Source: the human T2T-CHM13v2.0 reference genome, Homo sapiens
Assembly: GCF_009914755.1 (NCBI RefSeq)
Contig: NC_060931.1
DNA: 64,000 nucleotides
Reading direction: 5' to 3' (one strand)
The translations under genes were made by a program, and so were the position numbers. Of the stretch, positions 34,670 to 51,875 are shown piece by piece. Numbering within the stretch: position 1 is the stretch's first letter; every line of letters starts with the position of its first letter. The notes under the pieces are model-generated. The model was not told where the DNA came from. It did not search any database and saw only the letters and a list, made by a program, of their open reading frames with translations.

Positions 34670-35900
34670 GGCGACATTTTAAGGCAAAAACGTTGCCCAT
34701 CCCGTGCTCCCTGGGGGACTGGGGAATTGTGGCGCGATGACGGACCCTGGCGCATCCCCGCCTCCCTGCCTCGTCCTCCCCTCCCTTAGCGGGTGCATGG
34801 TCCCCAGGCATCGACGGATGCGCCGGCCACCCCCGCGCGGTTTCCAGGGCAGGGCCAGCCTGGGGGGGTGGAAGCAGGAATCCAGGGGGTGCGGGGAGCC
34901 CCCTCCAGTGCCCAGGCGACTTTGGGGAACAAGGATGAAAGGAGAGGGGAAAGGGCGCTGCAGTGGCCTCAGCCGAGGAGGGAGATGCGCGCAGGGCGCA
35001 CGGTGCCACCTCCGCAATCCCTGCTCCCGGGCCCACTCGCCCGCTGAGACGGTTCCAGGCCCCGGGCGGGCTGCGGCTGCAGGGAGGCCGGATTGCCCAG
35101 CGCCTTACCTGCGGCCACCCCTGCCGGGGCCCAGGGCAGGAGGCAGGCAAGCCAGAGGATGCGGCCGAGGCGCGACCACACTGCCTGGGCCATTGCGGGG
35201 CCCGGAGCGGGAGAAGCGTGGGGCGGACGCGGAGGGAATGCAGCTGGAGCTCGAGAACTGCGGCGGTCGCTCCTCCGGGCGCGCAGCGCGGGCGGTGCGG
35301 GGAGGTGCGGGCGCCGTGCTCGCTCGTCCTCGCCGGGGGACGCTCTGTCGCTGCGCGCCGCCGCCGCCGCCCACAGCCCGCTGCGCGACCCCGGCCCACG
35401 TCAGCCGCGCCGCGCGCCCTCCTCCTCCTCCCGCCGCCCCTTGCTCCCGCGTCCCTCTCCACGGCCGCGTCCTCCCTCTCCGGGTCTCTTCCCACGGCCG
35501 CGCCCCCTGCCCTCCTGGAGTCCACGATCGCCCCTCCCAGCTTGCTTCCCCTCTAGGGGTTCCAGAGCTCCCTTCCTGCGCCCTGGCTCCTCCCCGCATC
35601 CCTCCCCACCCCAAATCCACCCCCGGCCGCATCCTTCCCCTCCACTACCCGAAACCACGCCCCCCGCACCCGCATTTTTCCCTTCCCCCGAGCCCCTCCC
35701 CGCCCTGGATCCGATGCCGCCGGCTCTGACTCAGCGTCCCCAGGGGCGTGCGCTGCGCTGCAAGCCGCCTGCAGGTCCCTTGGGGCTCTCCTCCAGGTGC
35801 CTTCTCTCTGCACGCTCGTGGCTCCGAGATGCTACTCCTCATTCAAGAACTGTTGAGAGCTTAAGGTGCGCCAGGCGTTGGGCGAAAGGCCTCGAAATTC
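34670..35900 (-). promoter_or_regulatory. TMEM130: CpG island / promoter and 5'UTR of TMEM130
   Basis: Very high GC and CpG density around the ATG; short (CGG) run at 35357-35371; TGACGTGG at 35403-35396; TGACTCAGC at 35727-35735. Confidence 0.9.
35109..35193 (-). CDS. TMEM130: TMEM130 coding exon 1 (signal peptide [29 protein letters not shown])
   Basis: ATG at 35193 inside the CpG island; 85 nt ending at donor GCAG|GTAAGG; hydrophobic signal peptide; phase joins exon 2 (G+GC=Gly). Confidence 0.97.
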
Positions 35901-35904
35901 CTCT

Positions 35905-35931
35905 TGCTGCTGCTGCTGCTGCTGCTGCTGC
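35905..35931. repeat. (CTG/CAG)9 trinucleotide repeat upstream of TMEM130
   Basis: Nine uninterrupted TGC units. Confidence 0.95.
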
Positions 35932-36669
35932 TTCCTCTTTTCTTTTTTTTTTTTTTTTAATCTTGAGACAGAGTCTCGCTCTGTCCCAGAATGGCGCGAT
36001 CTCGGCTCACTGCAACCTCCGCCTCCCGGGTTCAAGCGATTCTCCTGCCTCAGCCTCCCTAGTAAGATGGGATTACAGGTGCCCGCCACCAGGCCTGGCT
36101 AATTTTTGTATTTTTAGTAGAGACGGGGTTTCACCATGTTGGCCAGGTTGGTCTCAAACTCCTGGCCTCAAGTGATCCTCTCGCCTCAGCCTCCCAAAAT
36201 GTTGGGATTACAGGTGTAAGCCACTGTGCCCAGCCTCTTGCCCCTTCTTGATAGAGGGGCCTGAGCACCCGGCCCCTGCCGTGGGCTTGATGTCATCCCC
36301 CGGTTTACCCTCTCACAGCTGCTGTTAAGATGGGGCTCCTGCTCGTATCTGGGCCCAGGGCAACTTCTTTGTCACTGAGGGCCTTGTGGGAGTCAGGCTA
36401 CTGCGGTGAGGGGTGACCAGCCTACACAGTTACTGCCATTTGCCTTAGAGGAGCAGGGCTGGGCTCTCCTAGAAGCTGGAGGGGCCTGGCTGGCCTTAAA
36501 CGCTGGAAGCCCGGTGGGTTCTGGTCCCAGCTATGCTTCCGCTTTGCTACGGCTACCTGGGCGAGGGATCCTCCCACACAGTGAGGGCCTTTGACCTCCT
36601 CTCTGGCCCGTGGAGCACGGATGGACCATCACTGCACCACCCAGTGCATTGACATCAAGGCGTCTAAAG

Positions 36670-37103
36670 CAGGGGTCTCCAAGCCCCTGGCCGCCAGTAC
36701 CAGTCCATAGCCTGTTAGGAACTGGCTGCACAGCAGGAGGTGAGCAGGGCCTGTGAGCCACGCTGAGCTCCACCTCCTGGCAGATCAGCAGGGCATTAGA
36801 TTCTCATAGGAGCGCAAACCCTACTGTGAACTGCTCACGTGAGGGATCAAGGTTGCGTGCTCCTTATGAGAATCTAATGCCTGATGTTCTGTCACTGTTT
36901 CCCATCATCCCCAGATGGGACCATCTAGTTGCAAGAAAGCAAGCTCAGGGCTCCCACTGATTCTACATGATGGTGAGTATGTAATCATAATAGAAATAAA
37001 GTATACAATAAAAGTAATGCGCTTGAATCATCCCGAAACCATCCCTCCAACCCCTCATTCGTGGAAACATTGTCTTTGGTGCCAAAAAGGTTGGGGACTA
37101 CTG
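36670..37103 (+). mobile_element. hAT-Charlie DNA transposon, MER1A-like
   Basis: Termini CAGGGGTCTCCAA ... TTGGGGACTACTG; perfect 8-bp target-site duplication (TSD) GTCTAAAG at 36662-36669 and 37104-37111. Confidence 0.85.
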
Positions 37104-37239
37104 GTCTAAAGGGCCCCTGGCTCTGGGACAGCTGTGAGCTTCCCTAAGAATGGGCCCCACTGGCCCCACTGCTATGTTCAGGGAATGGAGGGAGAATAGA
37201 TTTGAGTGAGCCCCTATGAAAAGTTAAAAGGGCTAGACA

Positions 37240-42720
<5,481 letters not shown>

Positions 42721-43469
42721 CCTCCCACTTTTTTGGGGGCAGTGGAGGTAAGACAATAGCAGATTTTGCTTGCAAACAGGCAACCTCTTCCGTGATGGAA
42801 GGGCTATTCTGAGCCATTTTGTTTCTCCTGGGGCAGAATTAACTGGTACTAAAAACATCCATTCACAATCCCAGCATTTCAGCTGTGGCCTTGTTCTCGA
42901 GTGGCAACATTAAACGAGCAAGGAGCTTGTTTCAGAAAAGAGCACCTCCCCTCCAGGGTATCCACGGGCACTGAAACATTTATTTATTGCAGGGTGTGAA
43001 ATGTGTCTAGGAAGGGAACATAATGATCTTGGTGGGTTAGTGATAAATGGGGTGAGGGTGGGGGGTAGGTGAAGGAAGGTGTAGGAGGTGGAACCAGGGC
43101 CTGGAGGTGGCCAAGTTCATGTCATGCTTCCACACTCTGTCCCTGTAACATGGTAACCATGGCGCCTGACTGTACCTTTCCCTTGGAGACACCTTTTGGT
43201 CCGGCCCATGCCACCTCCCCTGGCTCCATCCCACTCTATCCCTTCATTGCTCTGGCCTGGCCTGAGGCCTCTCTCCATCCAGTTTTGATGGAGGTAGCTC
43301 TGCCTGCCATGTGGATCCAGCCTCGGAGGTAAAGCAGCTGCAGAATCAATGGGGCCTTTCTGCACCTGGGCGGCCACTTCCAGAAAGCCCACCCGGACTT
43401 TCTTTTACTAACAGGGTCTCGGTCCATCTCCAGCCGTCACCTTCCCAAAGACCCTCCTGGCCTCCTCTC

Positions 43470-44660
43470 CATTCTGCGGGCCGAGAAGAACCCCAGGAGA
43501 GCAGCGGGGACCGGGAGCGAGGAGTGGGGGTGGCAAACCCTACCCTGCCTGCCACCTTCAGTCCAGTGGTGGACAATACCTGGACCCCATAGCTGCCAAC
43601 TCGGGAAGCCGCGCCCCCCCCCAGGTGCCCACCGCCCCCAGGGTACCCGGGCATTCCCCGAGGCCTGGCTCCTGGGAGGAGACTCAGGGAAAAAGGAGCT
43701 CCTAGAACCTGGGCGCCGGCCCGGCCCCGTCAAGGCTGTCGGGGATTTAAAGGGCCGGGACCCACCCGGACGGCGGACGCCCCTCCCCGTGCCCGCGCAG
43801 GCCGCACCCACTTGGGGGCGGCGCGCCGGGGCCTGGTGCTCGGTCGGCGGGTGCTGCCGCTTTAAGCGGGGGCGGGACTGCGCGCGGCCGAGCGGTTGCG
43901 ACGAGGGCTCGGCTGGGGGTCGCCGGGGTCGCGGGCCGGGCCTGCAGGAGCCGGGCCGCCGAGGTCGGGGTAAGTTGGCGGGCGGGCGTCCGAACGGCCC
44001 CGGGAGGTGCGCGCGGCCCTCAGGCGCGGGGAGGCCTCTGCGGCGCGGCGGCTCCGCGGAGGGATGGAGCTGGGGGCTCCGAGCGCCCCGGGATCCCCTA
44101 GGCCCCAGCCAGAGCCCACCTGGGGCTGCGGGGCCGACGGCGTTTGCGGCCGAGCTGAGAGGAAGCTGTGGGAGGCGCAGCGCTCGCGGGCGCGGGAATT
44201 GGCGCTCGGCGCTCGCCGTAGCTCGGCCTGGGACGCGGTCACGGAGCGCCCGGGACGGCGACCAAAGGAGGGAACCGGAGGGCCGTTTGTGAGCTGAGAG
44301 GTCGGGTGGGACGTTGGGGGCCTGTCCCTCCGGAGGCGCCCCCCGGCCAACCTGGCACCTCCGGGCCTCTACGCCGGCACTGGACTCGTTAGGCCCGGCG
44401 CGGGGAGCGAAGGTAGCGGCGACCACAGCGCCCCCTCTGGCCCGGCGGCGCCGCCTCAGGCAGGGCTTGGCGGGGTCTGGGGGCGGCGGGGCAGTTTGTC
44501 CCCAGGAGTAGGAGCAGGCCCGGCGCCAGCCCGGCCTGGGCCTTCGGCGTCCGGGGTGGTGAAGTTGCTTTTCCTCAGACACGCAGAATGGGGGCGTTTC
44601 CCCCCGGCCAGGGCCCCCCAGGCTCCGCGGGACCCCGGGAAATGGAAGAGTTGACGACTT
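43470..44660 (+). promoter_or_regulatory. TRRAP: CpG island / promoter of TRRAP
   Basis: Dense CpG, GC boxes (GGGGCGGG), and E2F-like TTGGCGGG and GCGCGGGAA motifs around exon 1. Confidence 0.9.
43820..43969 (+). other. TRRAP: TRRAP non-coding exon 1 (TSS approximate)
   Basis: Strong donor GGG|gtaagt at 43970 within the CpG island; start position is an estimate. Confidence 0.75.
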
Positions 44661-44703
44661 CCGTGGGAAGGGGGAAGTTTGGACAGGACTAGGGAGGTTC
44701 TTA

Positions 44704-44951
44704 GGCAGGGAGAGGCCGTGACCCCGAGTCTTGGGTCCCCTGGGATGGGGATGGGCAGGGAGAGGCCGTGACTTCCGAGTCTTGGGTACCCTGGGATGGG
44801 GATGGGCAAGGAGAGACCGTAACCCCGAGTCTTGGGTCCCCTCGGATGGGGATGGATAGGGAGAGACCGTGATCCCGAGTCCTGGGTCCCCTCGGATGGG
44901 GATGGGCAGGGAGAGTCCGTGACCCCCATGCCTTGGGCCGATGGAGATGGG
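44704..44951 (+). repeat. 50-bp G-rich minisatellite, ~5 copies, in TRRAP intron 1
   Basis: Unit GGCAGGGAGAGGCCGTGACCCCGAGTCTTGGGTCCCCTGGGATGGGGATG; periods 50/51/50/50. Confidence 0.92.
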
Positions 44952-45508
44952 GAAGGGGGTGTCACCTGAAACAGGCAGTTGCCAGGTCCCCTAGCAGGGC
45001 TTGACAAACTCCCCCGCCTTGGTTTCCTTCTTGGCTTTTCCTACCCGGAGCCAGAGGGCTGGGGCTTCTGGTGGGCTTGTTGTGGGACACCTGTGGGCAT
45101 GCTCTCTGCATGGAAGAAGGGTTTTTGGTGTCTAGGAGAGAGTGGCCGGAAGGAGCTCTCTAGTGTCACCTGTGTCAGCTGCAAAGCAGTGTATCCGGTA
45201 GGCCTGCAAAGGAGGTCCTGGTGTGTCTGTTGAAAGAAAACGAAGCCATGAAACCACCTGTTAGTGCAGAGCAGGATTATGCAAGGAGGAGGGGTGAAAG
45301 CAACTTATTTCACCAGCTTCTCGGGATACTTTGTGACACCTGTTAAAATAGAAACCAAGTCTCCATCTGTGTGTCAGCTGGGAGCAGCCACTGAGTGCCT
45401 GCTGCCTGGCAGCTACAAACAGAATTTATAGTTTCCCGTGCCCGTCACGTAACCACAGTCTGGAGGGGTGCTGCTTGGGAGCCCACCTTTGGCACTTGGG
45501 GATTTTGA

Positions 45509-45724
<216 letters not shown>

Positions 45725-45895
45725 TGAGTAGCTGGGATTACAGGTGCCCACTACCACGCCTGGCTAATTTTTGTATTTTTAGTAGAGATGGGGTTTCATC
45801 ATGTTGGCTACGCTGGTCTGGAACTCCTGACCTCGTGATCTCCCTGCCTTCGCCTTCCAAAGTGCTGGGATTCCAGGCGTGAGCCACTGCGCCTG

Positions 45896-46184
45896 GCCTG
45901 CTGCATGATTTTATACCGCCCATGAGCTAAGAATGGTTTTATATTTTTAAATGGCTGGGGAAAAGAGGAAGGATATTTCATGGTAAATGAGAGTTATATG
46001 AAATTCAGATTTCAGTGTCCATAAATAAAGTTTTATTGGAACACAGCCTCATTTATTTACATGTTGTCTGTCTGTGACTGCTTTCTGGTTATAGCAGCGC
46101 TGAGTAGTTGTGACAGACTGCGTGGCCACAAAGATTAAAATATCTACTATGTGGCTCTTTACAGAAAATGTTTGCCAACCCCTG
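45896..46184 (+). mobile_element. MER58-like hAT DNA transposon, split by an Alu at ~45600-45898
   Basis: AATAAAGTTTTATTGGAACACAGC ... TTTACAGAAAATGTTTGCCAACCCCTG terminus. Confidence 0.7.
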
Positions 46185-46487
46185 ACTCAGAGAAAGAGAA
46201 AATACCGTAGGAAGGAACAGTATCTGCATACAAAAATCATGTTTCAAAATTAATAGACAAAATTGGAGTTGGGTAAACTTCATATTAAAAAAACCAGAAG
46301 GAATAGTGTTAGATTCTGGATTAAGATGAAAGCGTATCGATTATGTAGGCCTTTAGGTAAGATTTTCACAGAGATTGTGATCCTGTGCCCTCCATAAATT
46401 GACTAACTCTATGCTTCTTTTCATAGGCTGGTTGAACTCATGGACCTGATACTTTTCTCTTGAGAAGCAAACCAGCCCAAAAGAAAA

Positions 46488-46587
46488 ATGGCGTTTGTTG
46501 CAACACAGGGGGCCACGGTGGTTGACCAGACCACTTTGATGAAAAAGTACCTTCAGTTTGTGGCAGCTCTCACAGATGTGAATACAC
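46488..46587 (+). CDS. TRRAP: TRRAP exon 2 coding part (MAFVATQGATVVDQTTLMKKYLQFVAALTDVNT); exon begins at 46427
   Basis: Branch point gactaac at 46401, acceptor catag|46427, strong Kozak aaaATGg, donor C|gtgagt; recognised TRRAP N-terminus. Confidence 0.97.
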
Positions 46588-46611
46588 GTGAGTTGATCCT
46601 TTTTATCATTA

Positions 46612-46958
<347 letters not shown>

Positions 46959-46986
46959 TCAGATGTTGTGTACTTTGAGATTAATC

Positions 46987-47066
46987 GTAACAGTAACTTT
47001 TATTCTCATTTTCCTTTTCTCTACCTTGTAGAGAAGCAAAGTGATGAGTAATACTGGCTGGAGCCC
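46987..47066 (+). ncRNA. MIR3609: Annotated miRNA hairpin MIR3609 (3' arm CAAAGUGAUGAGUAAUACUGGCUG at 47037-47060) overlapping the 5' end of SCARNA28
   Basis: Recognised sequence; stem TTCTCTAC-CTT-GTAGAGAA at 47017-47035 with imperfect extension; probably a scaRNA-derived fragment. Confidence 0.7.
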
Positions 47067-47223
47067 CAAAGAGGCACGTGTGTGTGTTTGTGTGTGTGTG
47101 TATATGCTTGTCAGTGCATGCACGTGTATGTCTGGGAGTACAAATGGGTGCGACTGGTTGTAGGGAACTAGCTATGTGCCTTCTATTAGGCCATGACAGT
47201 CAAACTGATAAGATCTGATTGCT
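47036..47223 (+). ncRNA. SCARNA28: Box C/D small Cajal-body RNA guiding U2 snRNA Um47
   Basis: C box GTGATGA at 47041-47047, D box CTGA at 47215-47218, perfect 10-bp terminal stem (47030-47039 / 47219-47228), internal UG-rich tract, and a 12-nt guide AAACTGATAAGA complementary to U2 nt 44-55; mature ends approximate. Confidence 0.92.
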
Positions 47224-47311
47224 TCTCTTAAATTACTAAATCCAAGTTTTGCATTAACATAATTTCCTTAACATAATTTCAATTACCTGATGCTTGTTTT
47301 GCCGTTCACAG

Positions 47312-47361
47312 CTGATGAAACAAAGTTGAAAATGATGCAAGAAGTTAGTGAAAATTTTGAG
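47312..47361 (+). CDS. TRRAP: TRRAP exon 3 (PDETKLKMMQEVSENFE)
   Basis: cacag|CT ... GAG|gtatga; 50 nt; phase-compatible with exon 2. Confidence 0.95.
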
Positions 47362-47718
47362 GTATGAGCATTATATTTTCTATTTTTCATTTTGAGGTAA
47401 ATATTCTTATTCACTTTCCTGTCCTGCTTTGTCAGTCTTTTTACTAGCAACTCAAAGATCATTGTCTTTGTTCAAGTAATTTAGTATATTTCGAAACTGA
47501 AATCTGAAACTTTGTACACAGCGTTTTCCATCTTCACGCTGGTGATAGCGAACCCCATACCATGTTGAGGATTGTCAGTTTTGTTTTGGTTGGTTTAAAA
47601 ACATTTTTTCATTTTAAAATATGGTAGCTCTTTTAGGCTACCATGCCTGTTGGGATGCACTCAGATTTATTCTTGTACTTTTCTTTCTTTCTTTTCTTTC
47701 TTTTTTTTTTTTTTTTGA

Positions 47719-48392
<674 letters not shown>

Positions 48393-48977
48393 TAATTAGA
48401 ACATCTGTGACCTTGATCAAGCAAGAACTTTCTCTCTTGTGGACCTCACATCCTACAATTGTATATTGTCCTGCATGTCCCTCAGACACTTTTCGTTTTT
48501 CTTCAGTCTTTTTTCTTTTTGTCCTTTAGATTGGATAATTTCTGATCTTCTGAGAATTTTTTTATTATCTGCAACTTGCTGGGTTTTTCTTAGAATTTCA
48601 GTTTATTTTTTGTATTTTTTTAAATTTTAGTTATTGTGGTTTCAGTTCTAGAATTTCCATTTGGTTCTTCATACATTTCATTTATCTGCAGATTCCCCAT
48701 CTTTGTTTATTAAGACCATATTCTTCTCTTATGTTTTGAACATATTTACTGTATGAGGGCTGCTTTAAAGTCTTCTAGTATTAAAGCCAACATTTGGGCT
48801 ATATGAAGGTCAATTTCTATTGGCTGTGGGCCATGTTATCCTGTTTCTTTGTCTAGTAATTTATATATTTGGAGACAAGGTCTTACTGTCATCCAGGCTG
48901 GAGTGCAGTGGTACAATTTCAGCTCACAGCATCCTCAACCTCTTGGGCTCAGGTGAGCCTCCCACTCAGCCTGTTAA

Positions 48978-49250
<273 letters not shown>

Positions 49251-50324
49251 TAGTAGGCAGTTCAGTTACCAGCTGATGCCACTGAATTTGCGTAGGCTTG
49301 GTTTTATGCTTTGGGGAGGATCTGTGGATAGCCCAGGGTCTTTCCTTGGTGGGATTCAACCTCAAATTCTGCCTGTGGATCTCATCAGAGGTTGATTTTA
49401 GGCTTTGTTGCAGTTGGTCTAGAATAGGCCTTATTCTAGGACATGGTCTAGCTGGATGCGTGAGGTCTGGGAGGTTATTAAGATGTTAAGTAGGTCTTTG
49501 CACGCTGGCTAGGCTTGAAATCCAGCATCCTCTAACATTGCTAGATGTATGGTATCTTCATTCATCTTGCAATCTTTTTGTTTTTTTTGTTTGTTTGTTT
49601 TTAAGATAGGGTCTCCCTCTGTCACCCAGGCTGGAGTACAGTGGTGTGGTCACAGCTCACTGCAGTCTCAACTTCCTGGGCCCACCTCAGCCTCTGGAGT
49701 AGCTGGGACCACAGGTGTGCACCACCATGCCCCACTAATTTTTGTATTTTTAGTAGAGATGGGGTTTCGCCTTGTTGCCCAGGCTGGTCAGGAACTCCTG
49801 ACCTTAAGCGATCCACCCACCTCAGCCTCCCAAAGTGCTAGGATTACAAACGTGAGCCACCATGCCCAGCCGCATCTCTCAGTCTTAAAGCAGGTACATT
49901 GTGGTGAGCTTCAGGCAGTGTCACCCTGTGTGTGTGCAGTCCAGCCCTCAGCTGTCCTCACTGGAGACACTCCCCATTCCCTTGCTCTGTGGTTTGCTTT
50001 TCTCTGGTGCTGTGCCCTGCAGATTCCAGCCACTTTAGCTCTCCTGAACACTGAGGATTTTACTCCTCAGCTCAGCAGGCCCTGACCCCTGCTTGGACCC
50101 AGCTTGCTGAACCCCAGTTGGAAAATTGTACCTAGGCAGAGGGCCATGGTGGTCATGGGGCTAAGCATGTAAATTTCCCTTCTCCTGGGAGTCATGCTCC
50201 GGTACTGGCCCTAATCCAACACCTGAAAAAAGTTATCTCGTATTTTGCACAACTTTTTGGTTTACCTGGGTACCAGTTAGTCTCATAGACAGATGAGAAA
50301 GTCACATTTGTTACTTATTTTTTT

Positions 50325-50427
50325 CACATCAGATGGGTAATGTGCTGACATAACAAGGTTTGAGGGAGGCATGTCTCACATATAAGCATGAAACCCCAAT
50401 CATCACCCTTACAAACTACAAAAGGAT
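50325..50427 (-). pseudogene. U13 snoRNA (SNORD13) retrocopy, antisense in TRRAP intron 3
   Basis: Reverse complement reads ATCCTTTTGTAGTTTGTAAGGGTGATGATTGGGG...GCACATTACCCATCTGA, co-linear with U13, followed by an A-rich tail (50315-50324). Confidence 0.88.
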
Positions 50428-51324
50428 CACGTTTCCGATTTTTATTGTTTATTAGATTAAAAAAAATTTTAAGAGATAGGGTCTTGCTGTACAGTGGTGC
50501 AGTCACAGCTCACTGCAGCCTTGAACTCCTGGGCTCAAGTGGTCCTCCTGAGTAGCTGGGACTACAGATGCAAGACACTATGCTTGGCTAATTTTTTTTT
50601 TTTTTAGAGACAGGGTCTTGCTATGTTACCCAGTCTGGTTGAACTCTGGGCTCAAGCGATCCTCCTGCTTTGGCTTCCCAAGGTGCTGGTATTACAGGTG
50701 TAACCCGCTGTGCCCAGCCAACATTTCTTTTTTTTAATATGAGGATAATAGTCTTAAGAACAATAGAGAAAATATTCCCTAGCTTCTGTAAGGTCTTTTG
50801 TATTAATAAACATTAAATACATGTTAGTGGGGTTGAATCAAATACCCTACTATCTGTAGCAATGGATAGTATTTTAGCTTTTTTTTAATAGACATTTTCA
50901 AGGACTTGTTGCCTTGAGCTGAGCTAGAAAAAAAACTTGAGATATTTAGAGATCTAGCTAAAGAGCTTTCTCTTCTGCTCAAGCTGCTAAAACAAGCTGT
51001 TTAAAATATATATATATATATATGAAGAGGTGAGAGGCAGAAGAGTATACCCTGCATTCTGCATTTTATTGGAAGAACTGATCTGAGAGAACCATAGTCT
51101 TGGCAGGTTTGTTGGAGAGGCTGAAATCATAGGCAGTCTGTGAACCTGCAGGAACAAGCCAGTGAGTCAGGGCACCAAGTGTGGACATACGGCTATCTGG
51201 ATTAAATATCTGTAAATATCTGACCCTTTTGAGGTTTTGAGACTTTATTCTCCTTTTTAGTATTTGCAATTAGCAGGTTACCTCCTTCCTGGCTTTTGGT
51301 CTCAGATGCATTGATCAGCAACTA

Positions 51325-51474
<150 letters not shown>

Positions 51475-51518
51475 CTAGCCGAGCATGGTGGCACATGCCT
51501 GGCCTGTAGTCCCAGCTA

Positions 51519-51875
<357 letters not shown>

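Noticed and set aside
35832-36089. ORF with polyK/polyQ (and polyA/polyC in other frames)
   Set aside because: An Alu tail plus the (CAG)9 repeat; no evidence that it is exonic
34662-36175. 287-360 aa ORFs across the TMEM130 promoter
   Set aside because: GC-rich island artefacts; the longest runs into an Alu. Only the 85-nt exon is supported
44427-44442. CTCF-like GGCCAGAGGGGGCGCT in TRRAP intron 1
   Set aside because: Spacing is one base short of the core consensus, and such matches are common in GC-rich DNA
43437-44582. 381-aa minus-strand ORF and overlapping ORFs at the TRRAP promoter
   Set aside because: R/P/G/A-rich open frames expected from stop-poor CpG-island DNA; no recognisable domain
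44704-44951. CRISPR-like periodic array
   Set aside because: Head-to-tail minisatellite with no unique spacers, in eukaryotic DNA with no cas genes
47037-47060. miR-3609 as an independent canonical miRNA gene
   Set aside because: The mature sequence coincides with the C-box 5' end of SCARNA28 and the stem is imperfect; more simply a scaRNA-derived fragment unless DROSHA/DICER dependence is shown
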